A DNA stretch of 64,000 bases from Methanocaldococcus sp. 28A (GCA_049852185.1 CP187540.1), one strand, 5' to 3'; positions 40,133 to 52,394 are shown, counted from the first letter of the stretch. Numbers and translations: made by a program. The notes: generated by a model not told the origin, from the letters alone.

Positions 40133-41388
40133 ATGGATGAAAGAGATATCATAAAGCGATTATTAAAGAATATCAACAAAGAGAAATATATCTGATTCCA
40201 AGAGACATAAAATTACCAAAAACTAATAAAGCAATATCTATTGTTGGAGTTAGAAGGTCTGGAAAAACATCATTACTTTTTGATTTATTTAAAAAAACAG
40301 AAAAATCCATATTCTTCCCATTAGATGATGATAGAATTTTTCCACCAACTATGAAATTGTAAAGGTTGGTAAAGAAATGTATCCAAATGAAAAGATAACA
40401 TTTTTTTTGATGAAATACAAGAAGTTGAAAATTGGGAAATTGTTATAAAAAGATTAGTTGAGAGGGAAGGACATAATGTTTATTTAACTGGTTCATCTTC
40501 TAAATTATTATCAAAGGAAATTGCTACACAATTAAGAGGAAGAAATTTAAGCGTAGAGTTATATCCATTATCATTTAAGGAATATTTAAGATTTAAGGGT
40601 TTTGAGTTTGATGAAATATTGACAGAGCAAGAGAAGGTGTTAATTTTAAAGTATTTGGATGATTATTTAACTTATGGGGGTTTTCCAGAGGTTGTTCTGG
40701 AAGAAGAAAATAGAGAAGAAATTCTGAGGGAATATTTAAGGACAATCATATTTAGGGATATTGTGGAGAGACATAAAATAAAAAATATCCAAATATTGAA
40801 ACTTTTTATTAAATTTTTAATCAACTATCATACAAAAAAGGTCTCTATAAATAAGTTAGTTAATTATTTCAAGTCATTAGGAATAAAAGTCCGTAAAAAT
40901 ACGTTATATGAGTATTTAGAGTATCTCAATGATTGTTATTTTGTTTTTCCATTAAAAAAGTTCTCTTACAGTTTGAAGGAGATAAATCAAAGTTTATCTA
41001 AACCATATATTATTGATAATGGATTTATTAGAATTTTTGACATTAAACATTCGATGGATAAGGGAAAGTATTTGGAAAATGCTGTTTTCGTTGAACTGAG
41101 AAGAAGGGTTATGTTGAAAATGAAAACATATTTTATTACGAAGACACAATAGGAGAGGTTGATTTTTTAATTAAAGAGGATGAAGAAATAAAATGTTTAA
41201 TAAATGTTTGTTATGATTTAAACTTTGATAATTATAATAGAGAAGTTAAAAAATTTGTTAAAATTGGAAAAAAGTTAAATTGTAATAACTTAATTTTAAT
41301 AACTTTTGATTATGAAGATGTTAATGAAGAAGATTTTAAAGTTAAAGTTATTCCATTTTGGAAATGGTGTCTGTTAAATAACTTATAA
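40133..41388 (+). pseudogene. AAA_14/DUF4143-type ATPase pseudogene with several frameshifts
   Basis: GVRRSGKT at 40246, FFDEIQ, LTGSSSKLL, YGGFPEV, DNG, ENAV, EVDF and IPFWKW lie in different frames. Confidence 0.88.
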
Positions 41389-41461
41389 TTTAAAGTTTAC
41401 AATTTATTAAATATTTAAATAATAACTATAAAAAATATATTTGCAAAACTCCTAAATAAAT

Positions 41462-42988
41462 TTATTTGAAGAACGCATCTAAAGTTAGTTGTTTTCCTTT
41501 TTCTTCTTTTTTCTTAGTTTTCTTTTTCTCTTTTTTATTTTCTTTTTCTTCTTCAGATTTTAGTTTTTCATCTATCTTTTCTTTACTTTCTTCTTTAACA
41601 TCTTTCTCTACTTCTTTTATCTCTTCTTTTTCTTTAACTTCCTTAGGTTGTATAATTAGCTGCTCTTCTTTAACTTTTTCTTCTTTTTTCTTTTCTTTAT
41701 CTAATTTATCTTTCTCTTTTTTCTTTTTTCCTTCTAATTTTTTCTTTTCTTTCAATATTTTTAATATTTCAGAAGCTAACTTATCTCCAACTAAAACTTT
41801 TAGCTCATCCTCCTTTATATCAAAGTAATCAATTAAATCAGCAGCTACAGATGGATTTTCTTTAGCTAAAATTTTGAGCATTTGCAAATCAAATTTTGCC
41901 CTTTTTGATGATGTATGTGTTTTTTCACCAATTTTCTTTAATATTTTATTTAATATCTCCCTCTCTGCCTTTGTTTGTGTCAATAGCCTAAAAATCTTTG
42001 GATAACTATATGGAGTCCATTTTCTATACTTTTCATCTTTTGAGAGAGCAACACCAGCAGTCATTAATGTCGTTGCATACTTCCAAAAGCTGTAGTTTTG
42101 TCTTCTCATCACTCTACCTAAATATCTATCCGCCTTTGAGAGATATTCAAAAGCTCTCTCCACCTCATCTAATTTTTCATACTCTTTTGGAACATTTTCA
42201 GCTATCCATTCAATTATAACATCTGGTGTTTCATCTACATTCATCAATGCAGTTGTAGCTATCCCATAGTGCGTAGTTTTTAAAATAATCCTCAAAGCAT
42301 CAAATATATTTGCCTCTCTTTTCCTATCTGGAAGTTTTTGTGCCGCTTCATAACTCAAATCTCCAGACAAAGCTAAAGCCTCTAAGTCATTTATTGCACT
42401 TCTCAAATCTCCAGCTGAATGTTGGGCAATCATTTTTAATGTCTTATCATCCACATCAAGCCCCTCTTTTTCAGCTATCTTTTTTAGAACTTTATAGACA
42501 GAAGTTTTATTTAACGGGTTTAATTGGATTATCTCAACATAAGGTAAAAGATTCCTTATTGATGTGGCATAGGCATCATTCGCAGTTAAAATTATTGGAT
42601 TCTTTGCCTTCTTTATAATCTTTATTAGCTCAGAGACTCCTCCAGCATCCTCTTTTCCTGAAATACCATCAACCTCATCTAATACAATTAAAAATCTCTT
42701 TCCAAGGACTGAAGATGAATTAGCCGCATGCCCTACAACCTTTTTTATAATTGAAGCATTTCTCTTATCACTCGCGTTCAATTCAATAACTTCAAATCCA
42801 TAATCATTAGCTAAGGCATAAGCTAAAGTTGTTTTTCCACATCCTGGAGGTCCTACCAACAAAATCGGTTTTGGATGCTCTCCTCTCAAATAGCTTTCAA
42901 TCCATGTTTTTAGCTTTTCTTTAACTTTATCATGTCCTGCAACATCTTTCAATGATTTTGGTCTATATTTCTCCACCCAACTTAACAT
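41462..42988 (-). CDS. rfcL: Replication factor C large subunit
   Basis: [26 protein letters not shown]; C-terminal PIP box QLTLDAFF. Confidence 0.97.
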   Translation of the reverse strand: MLSWVEKYRPKSLKDVAGHDKVKEKLKTWIESYLRGEHPKPILLVGPPGCGKTTLAYALANDYGFEVIELNASDKRNASIIKKVVGHAANSSSVLGKRFLIVLDEVDGISGKEDAGGVSELIKIIKKAKNPIILTANDAYATSIRNLLPYVEIIQLNPLNKTSVYKVLKKIAEKEGLDVDDKTLKMIAQHSAGDLRSAINDLEALALSGDLSYEAAQKLPDRKREANIFDALRIILKTTHYGIATTALMNVDETPDVIIEWIAENVPKEYEKLDEVERAFEYLSKADRYLGRVMRRQNYSFWKYATTLMTAGVALSKDEKYRKWTPYSYPKIFRLLTQTKAEREILNKILKKIGEKTHTSSKRAKFDLQMLKILAKENPSVAADLIDYFDIKEDELKVLVGDKLASEILKILKEKKKLEGKKKKEKDKLDKEKKKEEKVKEEQLIIQPKEVKEKEEIKEVEKDVKEESKEKIDEKLKSEEEKENKKEKKKTKKKEEKGKQLTLDAFFK

Positions 42989-43016
42989 AAACTATCCCTA
43001 ACTAAATTATTTTTTA

Positions 43017-44027
43017 TTATTTTTTATTAATTTTAAAATCCAGAGCTAATATATATTCTCTTGGTGCATAGCTCTTAACTATCCTCTTTTCCAAAACCTC
43101 ACAATCACATTTCTTTTCAAATAATTTTATTGCTTCATCAAAATCTTTTCCAATTGTATAATAGTGTATAACTCCTCCCTCCTCTACAATATCCAATGCC
43201 TTATCAACAAATTCATAAGCAAATTTTGGTAAATTCATTATAACTCTATTTCCTTTAACATCAACCTCTCTAACATCACTCAATATAGGTATTATTTTAT
43301 GTTCCAATTTATTTAACTTTATATTCATTTTTAAAAGCTCTATTGCATGTGGATTTATATCTATAGCATAGATTTTTTTAGCGTTTCTGCAAGCGATTGA
43401 AAACGGCCCAACTCCTGCAAACATATCAACAACCACATCATCTAAAGAAACTTTTTTCATTATTCTTGCCCTCTCCCCTCCTAATCTTGGTGAAAAATAA
43501 ACTTTTGCAATATCAACATACAATCTATAACCATTCTCTTTGTGGATTGTTAGAGTTCTATTCTCTCCCGCTAAATGCTCTAACTCTCTAACTCTAAACT
43601 CCCCCTTAACTTCACTTTTTCTTCTAAAAACTCCTTTACATGGAATTAATTTATAAGCTAATTCACCAATCTCCTTTCTTATTTTTTCATCAACTTCATC
43701 AGAAATTTGTAGAATTACCAAATCTCCAATCATATCATAAGATAAAGAAATTAATCCTTCATCAATCTCTTTTCTATATTTTTTTGATATTATTTCTCTA
43801 AAACTTGGTTTTCTTTTAATTTCTTTTTTCTTTAAATCTTTTTCAACTACCTCGAACTCAATATCTAAAATGTCTTTTAAAATCTCTTCATCAACATCTT
43901 TTATTGGTAAATAAAGATAATTCACATCAGAATTTATTTTATAGTCCTTGTTTAATAAGTTATTTTCTATCAATATTCTTCTTATTCTCTCTCCATGTTT
44001 TTTGTTTATTTTTAGGCAGATTGGCAT
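43017..44027 (-). CDS. trm5: tRNA (guanine37-N1)-methyltransferase Trm5
   Basis: HKENG, YFSPRL, DMFAGVGPF, IMNLP. Confidence 0.92.
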   Translation of the reverse strand: MPICLKINKKHGERIRRILIENNLLNKDYKINSDVNYLYLPIKDVDEEILKDILDIEFEVVEKDLKKKEIKRKPSFREIISKKYRKEIDEGLISLSYDMIGDLVILQISDEVDEKIRKEIGELAYKLIPCKGVFRRKSEVKGEFRVRELEHLAGENRTLTIHKENGYRLYVDIAKVYFSPRLGGERARIMKKVSLDDVVVDMFAGVGPFSIACRNAKKIYAIDINPHAIELLKMNIKLNKLEHKIIPILSDVREVDVKGNRVIMNLPKFAYEFVDKALDIVEEGGVIHYYTIGKDFDEAIKLFEKKCDCEVLEKRIVKSYAPREYILALDFKINKK

Positions 44028-44066
44028 AGAATCACCAAATAAAATTAAATTATTTAAATTTTATTT

Positions 44067-44660
44067 TTATTTTTTTACAGACTTTAGAACTCTATAACCT
44101 CCTTTTATTGTAACAGTCTCAACATTTCCAAAGACTTCTTCCATAAATTTTGCTAATGATTTGGCTCCTTGTTTTGTCTGTATAACTACCCAAATCTCAC
44201 CATTATCCTTTAAAAGTTCTTTCCCTTCCTCAATAATCTTATGTAAAACTTCTTTTCCAGCCCTTATTGGAGGATTTGTTATAATTTTATCATACATTCT
44301 ATCCCTAACATTTTCATATAAATCGCTATGAATTACCCTAATATCATAACTTTCTAAATTATTTAATTTTATATTCTCTTTAGCCAATTTTATAGCTCTT
44401 CTATTTATATCAGTCATTGTTACTGATTTTACTTCATCAGCTAAAGCTATTCCAATAACACCATAGCCACATCCCAAATCTAATATGTTATCTCCATTAT
44501 TAACAACCACATTCTCGACTAAAATCTTAGTTCCTTTATCAATCTTTCCATAAGAAAAAACTCCACTATCTGTTTTAAATTTTAATTTTTTTCCTCTTAA
44601 AATGTCTTCAACAATTTTTATATCTGATTTGGTTGTGGGCTTTTCTGAGAAATAGTGCAT
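44067..44660 (-). CDS. RsmC-like class I SAM methyltransferase
   Basis: HYFSEKP, GVFS, LDLGCGYG, TNPPIRAG. Confidence 0.9.
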   Translation of the reverse strand: MHYFSEKPTTKSDIKIVEDILRGKKLKFKTDSGVFSYGKIDKGTKILVENVVVNNGDNILDLGCGYGVIGIALADEVKSVTMTDINRRAIKLAKENIKLNNLESYDIRVIHSDLYENVRDRMYDKIITNPPIRAGKEVLHKIIEEGKELLKDNGEIWVVIQTKQGAKSLAKFMEEVFGNVETVTIKGGYRVLKSVKK

Positions 44661-44769
44661 TTTATCACCAAAATCTTTATAACTAACTTTAAATTAAAAT
44701 AATACTCTTAATTATAAAAATTGTTTTTTAAATTTCATCAATAATATTTATTTCATAATAGGTGATAAA

Positions 44770-45687
44770 ATGCATCTCTTAGATTTGGATGTGCTAAGTA
44801 GAGAAGACATTTTAAAGATTATTGAATATGGAATATACTTCAAAAAAAATAGAAGAAAACATGAGAAAATTTTAGAGGGGAAGAGTATAGCAATATTATT
44901 TGAAAAGCCCTCAACAAGAACAAGAATGAGTTTTGATATTGCTGTGTATGAATTAGGAGGCCATCCTTTAATAATGAACCAGAATGAGATACATTTAGGA
45001 AAGAAAGAGTCTATAAAAGATACTGCAAGGGTTATGAGTAGATACGTAGATGCAATAGTTGCAAGAGTTTATAAACATAGACACTTAGAAGAGATGGCTA
45101 AATACTCATCAGTCCCTATTATAAATGCGTTGAGTGATTTAGCTCATCCTTGCCAAATATTAGCTGATTTAATGACAATAAAGGAATTTAAAGGAAAATT
45201 TAATGGATTAAAAATAGCTTATTTAGGAGATGGAAACAACGTCTGTAATTCTTTAATCTTAGGTTCTGCTTTAGTAGGAATGGATATCTATGTAGGAACA
45301 CCAAGGGGTTATGAACCAAACGCTAAAACAATATTAAAAGCTAAAGAAATCATTGAAGAATATGGCGAAGGTTCTTTAACATTAACAAATAATCCAATAG
45401 AGGCTGTTGAAGATGCAGATATTATATATACTGATGTATGGATAAGTATGGGTGATGAAAAAGATAAGGAGGAGGTTTTAAAAATCTTTCCACAATTTCA
45501 AGTTAATAATAAGCTCTTAGAACATGCTAAAGATGATGTTATTGTTATGCACTGCCTACCAGCAAATAGAGGATATGAGATAACTGATGATGTTATTGAT
45601 GGAGAACATTCAGTAGTTTATGATGAGGCAGAAAATAGATTGCATGCTCAAAAAGGACTGTTTAAGTTTATATTTGAGAAATTATAA
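44770..45687 (+). CDS. argF: Ornithine carbamoyltransferase
   Basis: [25 protein letters not shown]. Confidence 0.98.
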   Translation: MHLLDLDVLSREDILKIIEYGIYFKKNRRKHEKILEGKSIAILFEKPSTRTRMSFDIAVYELGGHPLIMNQNEIHLGKKESIKDTARVMSRYVDAIVARVYKHRHLEEMAKYSSVPIINALSDLAHPCQILADLMTIKEFKGKFNGLKIAYLGDGNNVCNSLILGSALVGMDIYVGTPRGYEPNAKTILKAKEIIEEYGEGSLTLTNNPIEAVEDADIIYTDVWISMGDEKDKEEVLKIFPQFQVNNKLLEHAKDDVIVMHCLPANRGYEITDDVIDGEHSVVYDEAENRLHAQKGLFKFIFEKL

Positions 45688-45721
45688 CTTTCATTTTTTA
45701 ATTTTTAATTTAGGACTGGAA

Positions 45722-46996
45722 TTAACCAGATAATCTTTCAATTTCTTCTGCCAATGATTTCATCCTTTCAGAAATTTCCTTAGCTTCTTTAGCGAATTTT
45801 TGCAATTCTGGTGGAGCTATTCCGATGAATAGGTCTTTCAAGTGTTTAGCAATTATTTCATAGATTTCTCTTGCGTTATTTGATGTAGCCTTCTCTTCTA
45901 ACTCAATTGTAATGAAACCATCAGCTAAAGCCGTTTGTCTTGCAGGGTCAGTCAATCTCTTGGCTATGAAGATTTTGATGTGTGGAATTAGATTTAGTTG
46001 TTGAGTTCTTCCAAATTCTTCATCTATTACCCTTCTATCTACTTCTCTTTTCCAATTCTTGCATGAAGCATAAACATAAAATTTTGTGTTTCCTATTCTT
46101 TTCCAAGACCATACATCTACTTCTATAGTTCCTCCACCTCTTGCTGGTAATCTCTTTCCTATTTCAACATAATCAAATCCCATAGATTTTAAAACATTTG
46201 CAACTATTTCCTCTAAAACTTTCCAATCAGGCGTTTTATCGTCAAATTTGAATTTTATTTCATTTACTTCTTTATTTTTTGTTTCTGTAGTAGTTTTTTT
46301 AATGTCTTCATTTTCTTCATTTTTTTCTAATATATCCTCTGGTGGAGATAATTTCTTTATAAATTCATCCTCAAGAAATGGTGCTGGTATTATTTCCTTA
46401 AACCATAAAATTCCTGAATAAATTAACGCATAAATAATATTCTCCATTCTTTTTTCTTGCTCTTTCTTTTCATCTCCTTTTAGACTATAAATATTCTCTC
46501 CCGTTGCAAGTTTGTAAGCGTCAGAAGTAGTGTATAGTGAGTATAATATTGATCCTAAGGAGGTATATCCAGAAGCTTCTAATTTTATACTTTCTAAGAT
46601 TTTCCTTAAATCTTCTTTATCTTCATCTTTGAGTTCGTTAATATATTTTTTCTTAAAATATTTATAGCAAGCTTTTCTAAATTTATCATAATACTCTCCT
46701 TCTATATTCTCTAATTGAGTTTTTACTTTTTTATAATTCTCAAATCTTCTACCTTCAGAAGAGTATTCATTAGAATATAGATTTTCTATAAATATTTCAG
46801 CAGATTTCCAAGCCACATATCCTTCCTTTCCTGATAAAAATCTGGCTAATTCCTTTTTCACAGAATTCATAGTACTTTCTTTACTCCAATCTTCTATTAC
46901 TGCTCTAAATCTCGCATATAACAAAGCTATATAAACTCCAAGAGACTTTGCATCAGTGTCTATCCATTTCTCATTAAACCATTGGGGAATTTCCAT
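45722..46996 (-). CDS. Protein with a C-terminal Mrr-like PD-(D/E)xK restriction endonuclease domain
   Basis: LEEIVANVLKSMGF..IEVDVW..ASCKNW..VD..; N-terminal ~220 aa unrecognised. Confidence 0.7.
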   Translation of the reverse strand: MEIPQWFNEKWIDTDAKSLGVYIALLYARFRAVIEDWSKESTMNSVKKELARFLSGKEGYVAWKSAEIFIENLYSNEYSSEGRRFENYKKVKTQLENIEGEYYDKFRKACYKYFKKKYINELKDEDKEDLRKILESIKLEASGYTSLGSILYSLYTTSDAYKLATGENIYSLKGDEKKEQEKRMENIIYALIYSGILWFKEIIPAPFLEDEFIKKLSPPEDILEKNEENEDIKKTTTETKNKEVNEIKFKFDDKTPDWKVLEEIVANVLKSMGFDYVEIGKRLPARGGGTIEVDVWSWKRIGNTKFYVYASCKNWKREVDRRVIDEEFGRTQQLNLIPHIKIFIAKRLTDPARQTALADGFITIELEEKATSNNAREIYEIIAKHLKDLFIGIAPPELQKFAKEAKEISERMKSLAEEIERLSG

Positions 46997-47173
46997 GAGT
47001 TTACACCTCTTAACATTTGGACATGTCCTACTTGTTCTTATTATTCTGTCTCAATAATATATTCCTTAGAATATCTACTTGGATTTAATGTCATTGTTGT
47101 ATTTTTTTCTATATTTAAGTATTTTCTTAATCTTTTTATGGTAAAATATCCATAATATCCCAAAAAATAAAAA

Positions 47174-48010
47174 TTATCTAACATTCCCTTTTAAAAGAAT
47201 ATCAATCTTCTCAGTAATTTTATCCAATTCATCTTCTGACAATGGATTAGGAATTACTTTATTTTTATTTTCATAAATTGCCTTTGCTATCTCTCTAAAA
47301 ATATTGGCTATCTCACTATCTGGATACATCTCAATAATTGTCTTTTTGTAAATTTCTGCCTTTGTTATAAGATTACTCATTGGTATTTTTCCAATAACTT
47401 GAGTTCCAATTTTTTTAGCAAACTCTTCAACAATCTCTGGAGCATTTATAACACTCCTTTCATTATAAATAATCCCTCCTAATGCTATCTTTCCCCTATT
47501 TGCATATCTCTTTATTCCCTTACATATATTGTTTGCCGCATAAATTGCCATTGGGTCACATGTTGTTACGATATAAACATCATCAGCTAAGTGTTTTTGT
47601 AAAGGCATTGCAAATCCTCCACAAACAACATCCCCTAAAATATCATAAATAATTACATCTGGCTTTAATGTTTCAAAAACTCCCAATCTATTTAGCATAT
47701 CAACTGCTGTAATAACCCCTCTCCCAGCACATCCAACTCCAGGCTCTGGCCCTCCAGATTCAACACAATAAACTCCTCCAAAACCTTCAAAGACTATATC
47801 TTCCAATTCCATATTATCTGGGCCTTTTTTTCTAAAAACATCTAAAACTGTAGGTATTTTTTTACCAACTAAATTCCTTGTTGTGTCAGCCTTTGGGTCA
47901 CAACCAACAACTAAAACCTTTTTTCCTTCTTCTGCTAAAGCTGCAGCTATATTGCTTACTGTTGTAGATTTTCCAATTCCTCCCTTCCCATAGACACAAA
48001 ATTTTCTCAT
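47174..48010 (-). CDS. cfbC: Group IV NifH-like reductase (F430 biosynthesis CfbC/NflH)
   Basis: [38 protein letters not shown]; no nifDK nearby. Confidence 0.8.
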   Translation of the reverse strand: MRKFCVYGKGGIGKSTTVSNIAAALAEEGKKVLVVGCDPKADTTRNLVGKKIPTVLDVFRKKGPDNMELEDIVFEGFGGVYCVESGGPEPGVGCAGRGVITAVDMLNRLGVFETLKPDVIIYDILGDVVCGGFAMPLQKHLADDVYIVTTCDPMAIYAANNICKGIKRYANRGKIALGGIIYNERSVINAPEIVEEFAKKIGTQVIGKIPMSNLITKAEIYKKTIIEMYPDSEIANIFREIAKAIYENKNKVIPNPLSEDELDKITEKIDILLKGNVR

Positions 48011-48049
48011 AAAAATTCACCTAATATTAATAATTGTTGAGATTAATAG

Positions 48050-49003
48050 TCAAATTAATAGTAATGCAACTATTATAAAGATATCTAAAATTAAAGTAAT
48101 AGCCGCATTAACCATAACTATTTTAGTTCCCAACTTAGCTCCAAAAAGAGAGACTTGCAATGGTAGAGAATGTTTAACATATCTACTTGAAAAAGTTAAA
48201 ACATTTCCAATAATTAATCCAATCAAAACTTCTTTTGAATTTAAAATTCCCTCATTTAAAAATCCCCCAGCCATAACTATCGCTGCTTGAACATTCATAA
48301 TTTCTGTCAATGCTAAAATTCCAACATTAGGGTTTAATTTTAATAAGGTGGTTATTGGTTGGACAAATTTCTCAACATAATCAAAAAATCCCACTTTAGA
48401 AAGATAGATAACTAAAGTCATCATAAAGAACATTGTTGGAATCAACCTTTTAGCAAATCTAAGAGTGCTTTTAAATGATTTCTTTACATTCTCTTTTTTA
48501 TCCATTTTATTTATATTAGGCATTTCAAAAGAATAATTTTTCGATATAATTGACAAATATAAAAATCCAATTATTGTCTTTATTAAAGCTACTCCTAATC
48601 TTATTAAAACAAATAAAACCCCTGTCCAACCTAAGATTGGCACAACAATTGGAATAAAAAATGTGAATGTATGTGACAAGACAGAAGGGAAAGAATTTGC
48701 TAAAGAAGTTCCTATAATCTCTTTTTCATTAATTTTATTTTCTTTCAAACCTTCAGCTAAAATTGAATATCCAACAGTTGGGCTAAAAAAGCATGTCAAA
48801 ATTGATGAAATTGATATAGGATTTATCTTTAATCTTTTTAGAATTGGAGATAACTTCTCACTAAATTTTTTCATAATTCCTATGTTCATAATGTAATTTA
48901 CAATAAAAACCGTAATTAAAACAATAATAGATATTTTTATTGAGTAATATGCCGAGATTATAAAGCTCTCTACTAACAAAGCAATATAATCCACAATAAT
49001 CAC
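48050..49003 (-). CDS. Membrane protein with nucleoside-recognition (Gate) type repeats
   Basis: Multiple TM helices in two internally similar halves. Confidence 0.6.
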   Translation of the reverse strand: MIIVDYIALLVESFIISAYYSIKISIIVLITVFIVNYIMNIGIMKKFSEKLSPILKRLKINPISISSILTCFFSPTVGYSILAEGLKENKINEKEIIGTSLANSFPSVLSHTFTFFIPIVVPILGWTGVLFVLIRLGVALIKTIIGFLYLSIISKNYSFEMPNINKMDKKENVKKSFKSTLRFAKRLIPTMFFMMTLVIYLSKVGFFDYVEKFVQPITTLLKLNPNVGILALTEIMNVQAAIVMAGGFLNEGILNSKEVLIGLIIGNVLTFSSRYVKHSLPLQVSLFGAKLGTKIVMVNAAITLILDIFIIVALLLI

Positions 49004-49179
49004 CTATATTATTAAAACTTATAACATATAAATTATAAATCTAAAAAATGAAATTCAAAATGAAAATCAAATACTATCATTAAAAATCAACATCTTTTAT
49101 TATTTGTGTGTAATTCATACACACATATTAATTAGTTTAATTAGTAAGCTTTATATTAAGCGTTTATATATATCTAAGT

Positions 49180-49285
49180 TATAGTTGTGTGCAAAAGTGT
49201 TTAATTATAAGGCATTAATGAATGTTTTTCAAAAGGAAAACGTTCTTTCATTCTTAAAGTTTATTTTATTTTGCACACAACTATA
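49180..49285. repeat. Family A palindromic repeat upstream of fsr
   Basis: Perfect 17-bp inverted ends TATAGTTGTGTGCAAAA / TTTTGCACACAACTATA. Confidence 0.88.
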
Positions 49286-49332
49286 AATAAACTAAAGTAT
49301 TAGTAATATAATCACATGTTTCGGGTGAAAAA

Positions 49333-51195
49333 ATGTATGAGTGGAAGTTAAACCAAATAGTTGATAGTGGAATATGTGCAAGATGTGGGACATGTACTAT
49401 AGTATGTCCTAATAGTATATTAACTTTTGATGAGAGACCAAAATTAATAGATGAGTGTTTAAGAAAAGGTCATGGAATGTGTTATGATGTTTGTCCAAGG
49501 GTATCATCAGGAAAATACCAAATAAAAATCAGAGAGAAGTTTAAGGAAGAATATTACTATGGAAAAAGTGACATTGAAGGACAAGATGGAGGGGTTGTAA
49601 CAGCATTCCTAAAATACTTATTAGAAAATGGAAAAATTGATGGAGCAATTGTTGTTGGAGATGAGTGCTGGAAACCAGTTTCATTAGTTGTTCAAAATGC
49701 AGAGGATTTATTAAAAACTGCAAAATCAAAATATGCTATCTCAACTTTAGATGCATTAAGAAAAGCTGGAGAAATGGGACTAAAGAAAGTTGCAGTTGTT
49801 GGGTTACCATGCCAAATTAATGGTTTGAGAAAACTACAATACTTCCCATACTTAGCAAAGCACGATGGAGAACTCGGTAAGAATGGAAAACCAGCTAAGT
49901 TACCAAAAATTGAATATCTCATAGGATTATTCTGTACTGAGAAATTTGAATATAACAACATGAAAGAAGTTTTAGCAAAGCATGGAATAGACATTGAAAA
50001 TGTTGAGAAGTTTGATATTAAGAAAGGAAAATTACTTGTTTATATAAATGGAGAGAAAAAAGAAATTGACTTAAAAGAGTTTGAAATCTGCCCAGGATGT
50101 AAAATTTGTAGAGATTTTGATGCAAGCATGGCTGATGTTTCAGTTGGATGTGTTGGAAGTCCAGATGGTTATTCAACAGTCATAATAAGAACTAAGAAAG
50201 GGGAAGAGATTAAAAATGCTGTTGAATTAAAAGAAGGGGTTAATTTAGAAGAAATTGAGAAATTAAGGCAGCTGAAATTAAAGAGATTTAAGAAAGAAGT
50301 TGAGAGAAGAAAGGAAAATAATGAATTCATTTCATTCTACTGGACAGCTGATTATGGTGGAATCGGAAAGAGAGCTGATGGAACTTACTTCATAAGAATT
50401 AGAGCAAAGCCTGCTGGATGGTACACTGTTGAAGAAATAAAAGAAATCTTAGATATTGCTGAAAAATACAATGCTAAGATAAAGATAACTGATAGAGGAG
50501 CTTATGAACTCCACGGCATTAGTGGATTTGATGTTGAAGATATAGTATTAAGGTTGAGGGAAAAAGGATTAATAACTGGTTCAGAAGGGCCATTAGTTAG
50601 AGCTACATTGGCATGTCCTGGAGCTGGAAACTGTAGTAGTGGTTTAATAGATACAACAGAACTATGTAAAATCATTGAAGATAACTTCAAAGAAAGACCA
50701 GCTCCATACAAATTCAAGATTGCAATTAGTGGATGTCCAAACAAGTGTGTAAGACCACAAGTACATGATATTGGTATAGCAGGAGTTAAATTCCCAGATG
50801 TTGATGAGGAAAAATGTAACGGTTGTGGAAGATGCTTTGAAGTTTGTAAAGTTGAAGCAATTTATATAAGAGGAGAAACTTCCTACACTAACTACAATAT
50901 CTGTGTTGGATGCGGAAAATGTATAAAAGCATGTCCTAATGAGGCAAGAATCGTTAAAGAAGAAGGATTTATGGTCTATGTTGGTGGTAAAACAGGAAGA
51001 GAAGTTGTTGAAGGAATCAGCATGAAGATGAACAGTGTTGATGAAATACTTAACTTAATAGATAAAGTGTTGGTTGTTTATGACAAATACGCTAAGAAAC
51101 CACAGAGAGAAAGATTAGCTGCAGTTATGAAAAGAGTAGGACAAGAAACGTTCTTAGAGGAGGTTATGGAATTAATGAAAAAAGAATCTGCCTAA
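49333..51195 (+). CDS. fsr: Coenzyme F420-dependent sulfite reductase
   Basis: FrhB-like N-half (GQDGGVVT, VGLPCQ, GLFC) fused to a siroheme sulfite reductase C-half (ACPGAGNC, SGCPNKC) with ferredoxin motifs. Confidence 0.93.
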   Translation: MYEWKLNQIVDSGICARCGTCTIVCPNSILTFDERPKLIDECLRKGHGMCYDVCPRVSSGKYQIKIREKFKEEYYYGKSDIEGQDGGVVTAFLKYLLENGKIDGAIVVGDECWKPVSLVVQNAEDLLKTAKSKYAISTLDALRKAGEMGLKKVAVVGLPCQINGLRKLQYFPYLAKHDGELGKNGKPAKLPKIEYLIGLFCTEKFEYNNMKEVLAKHGIDIENVEKFDIKKGKLLVYINGEKKEIDLKEFEICPGCKICRDFDASMADVSVGCVGSPDGYSTVIIRTKKGEEIKNAVELKEGVNLEEIEKLRQLKLKRFKKEVERRKENNEFISFYWTADYGGIGKRADGTYFIRIRAKPAGWYTVEEIKEILDIAEKYNAKIKITDRGAYELHGISGFDVEDIVLRLREKGLITGSEGPLVRATLACPGAGNCSSGLIDTTELCKIIEDNFKERPAPYKFKIAISGCPNKCVRPQVHDIGIAGVKFPDVDEEKCNGCGRCFEVCKVEAIYIRGETSYTNYNICVGCGKCIKACPNEARIVKEEGFMVYVGGKTGREVVEGISMKMNSVDEILNLIDKVLVVYDKYAKKPQRERLAAVMKRVGQETFLEEVMELMKKESA

Positions 51196-51279
51196 ATTTT
51201 TTATATTTTTATTTTATTTTTTATTTTTAAATTTAGATTTTTAGATTATTTTATATAAATAAAAATAGAAAAAATTTAA

Positions 51280-52242
51280 TTAATCGTGAATCCCTTTCTC
51301 TGTTATTCTAAACATTGCCTCAGCATCTGGTAAGTGTGGAGAGTCATATAACTTAGCTACTCTTTTATCTCCTTTTGCCTTTCTTAAGAATATTCTAAAT
51401 GTTGCTGCGTGTCCTACTATATGCCCTCCAATTGCCTGTTCTGAAGCTCCAAATATAGCGTCTGGTCTTGCAGCTACCTGGTTTGTTACTATAACAACAC
51501 AGTTGTATAAATCAGCTAATTTATTGAGTGTAGCCATATGTCTACCTAATTTTTGCTGCCTCTCAGCTAATTTTCCTCTTCCTATATACTCAGTTCTAAA
51601 TTTTGATGTCAATGAATCTACTATAATTAACTTTATGTTGTGCCCTTCTCTTATCAAGTTCTCAACGTTTTCTGCATAAAGCATCTGCATATCTGAGTTA
51701 TAAGCTCTTGCAACTAAAATATTGTTTAAAACTTCATTTCCATCTAATCCTAAAGCCTCTGCCATTTGGATAATTCTTTCTGGTCTAAATGTCCCTTCTG
51801 TATCAATATAAACTGCTTTTGGTTCATTTAAAATTTCTTCCTTTATAGCATCATCAGCAACTATTCTATCTGGACATTGTAAATTAACACATGCTTGATG
51901 AGCAATCTGGGTTTTACCAGAACCAAACATCCCTGCAAATTCAGTGATAGACTGACTTTCTAAACCTCCTACTAAAATTTCATCTAAGTTTTTACTTCCA
52001 GTTGAGAGCTTCCATATATTTTTTCTTTGAGTTAAAACTTCACTACCACTTTTAAATCCTAAATTACACAGTTCTCTCGCGGCTTCTATAATTCTTGCGG
52101 CGGCTTTTTCACTAATTCCATCTATTTCTGTTAATTCACCAATTGTTGCAGTTGCAATTTTCATAAAATCAGTGTAACCAGCTTCTTTTAATTTCTCTGC
52201 TGTTGAAGGTCCTACGCCAGGTAGTTGAGTTAAATCATCCAT
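51280..52242 (-). CDS. radA: DNA repair and recombination protein RadA
   Basis: HhH N-domain, [31 protein letters not shown]. Confidence 0.97.
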   Translation of the reverse strand: MDDLTQLPGVGPSTAEKLKEAGYTDFMKIATATIGELTEIDGISEKAAARIIEAARELCNLGFKSGSEVLTQRKNIWKLSTGSKNLDEILVGGLESQSITEFAGMFGSGKTQIAHQACVNLQCPDRIVADDAIKEEILNEPKAVYIDTEGTFRPERIIQMAEALGLDGNEVLNNILVARAYNSDMQMLYAENVENLIREGHNIKLIIVDSLTSKFRTEYIGRGKLAERQQKLGRHMATLNKLADLYNCVVIVTNQVAARPDAIFGASEQAIGGHIVGHAATFRIFLRKAKGDKRVAKLYDSPHLPDAEAMFRITEKGIHD

Positions 52243-52394
52243 TATATCACCATGAGCATAAATTTATAGTTGTTAATATATAGATAAATTTGATGACAAT
52301 AGATGATATTGCTAAAGAACTATATGAAACTTGTTATATATAATCTCTTATATTTAACTATATAGAAATTTTTATATTGTAGTTAAATAGGAAT

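Noticed and set aside
41462-41760. Low-complexity TTC/TTT-rich tract
   Set aside because: It encodes the normal Lys/Glu-rich linker before the RFC-L PIP box.
47174-48010. Nitrogen fixation inferred from the NifH-like gene
   Set aside because: No nifD/K or nifI neighbours; it fits the group IV CfbC/NflH type common to methanogens.
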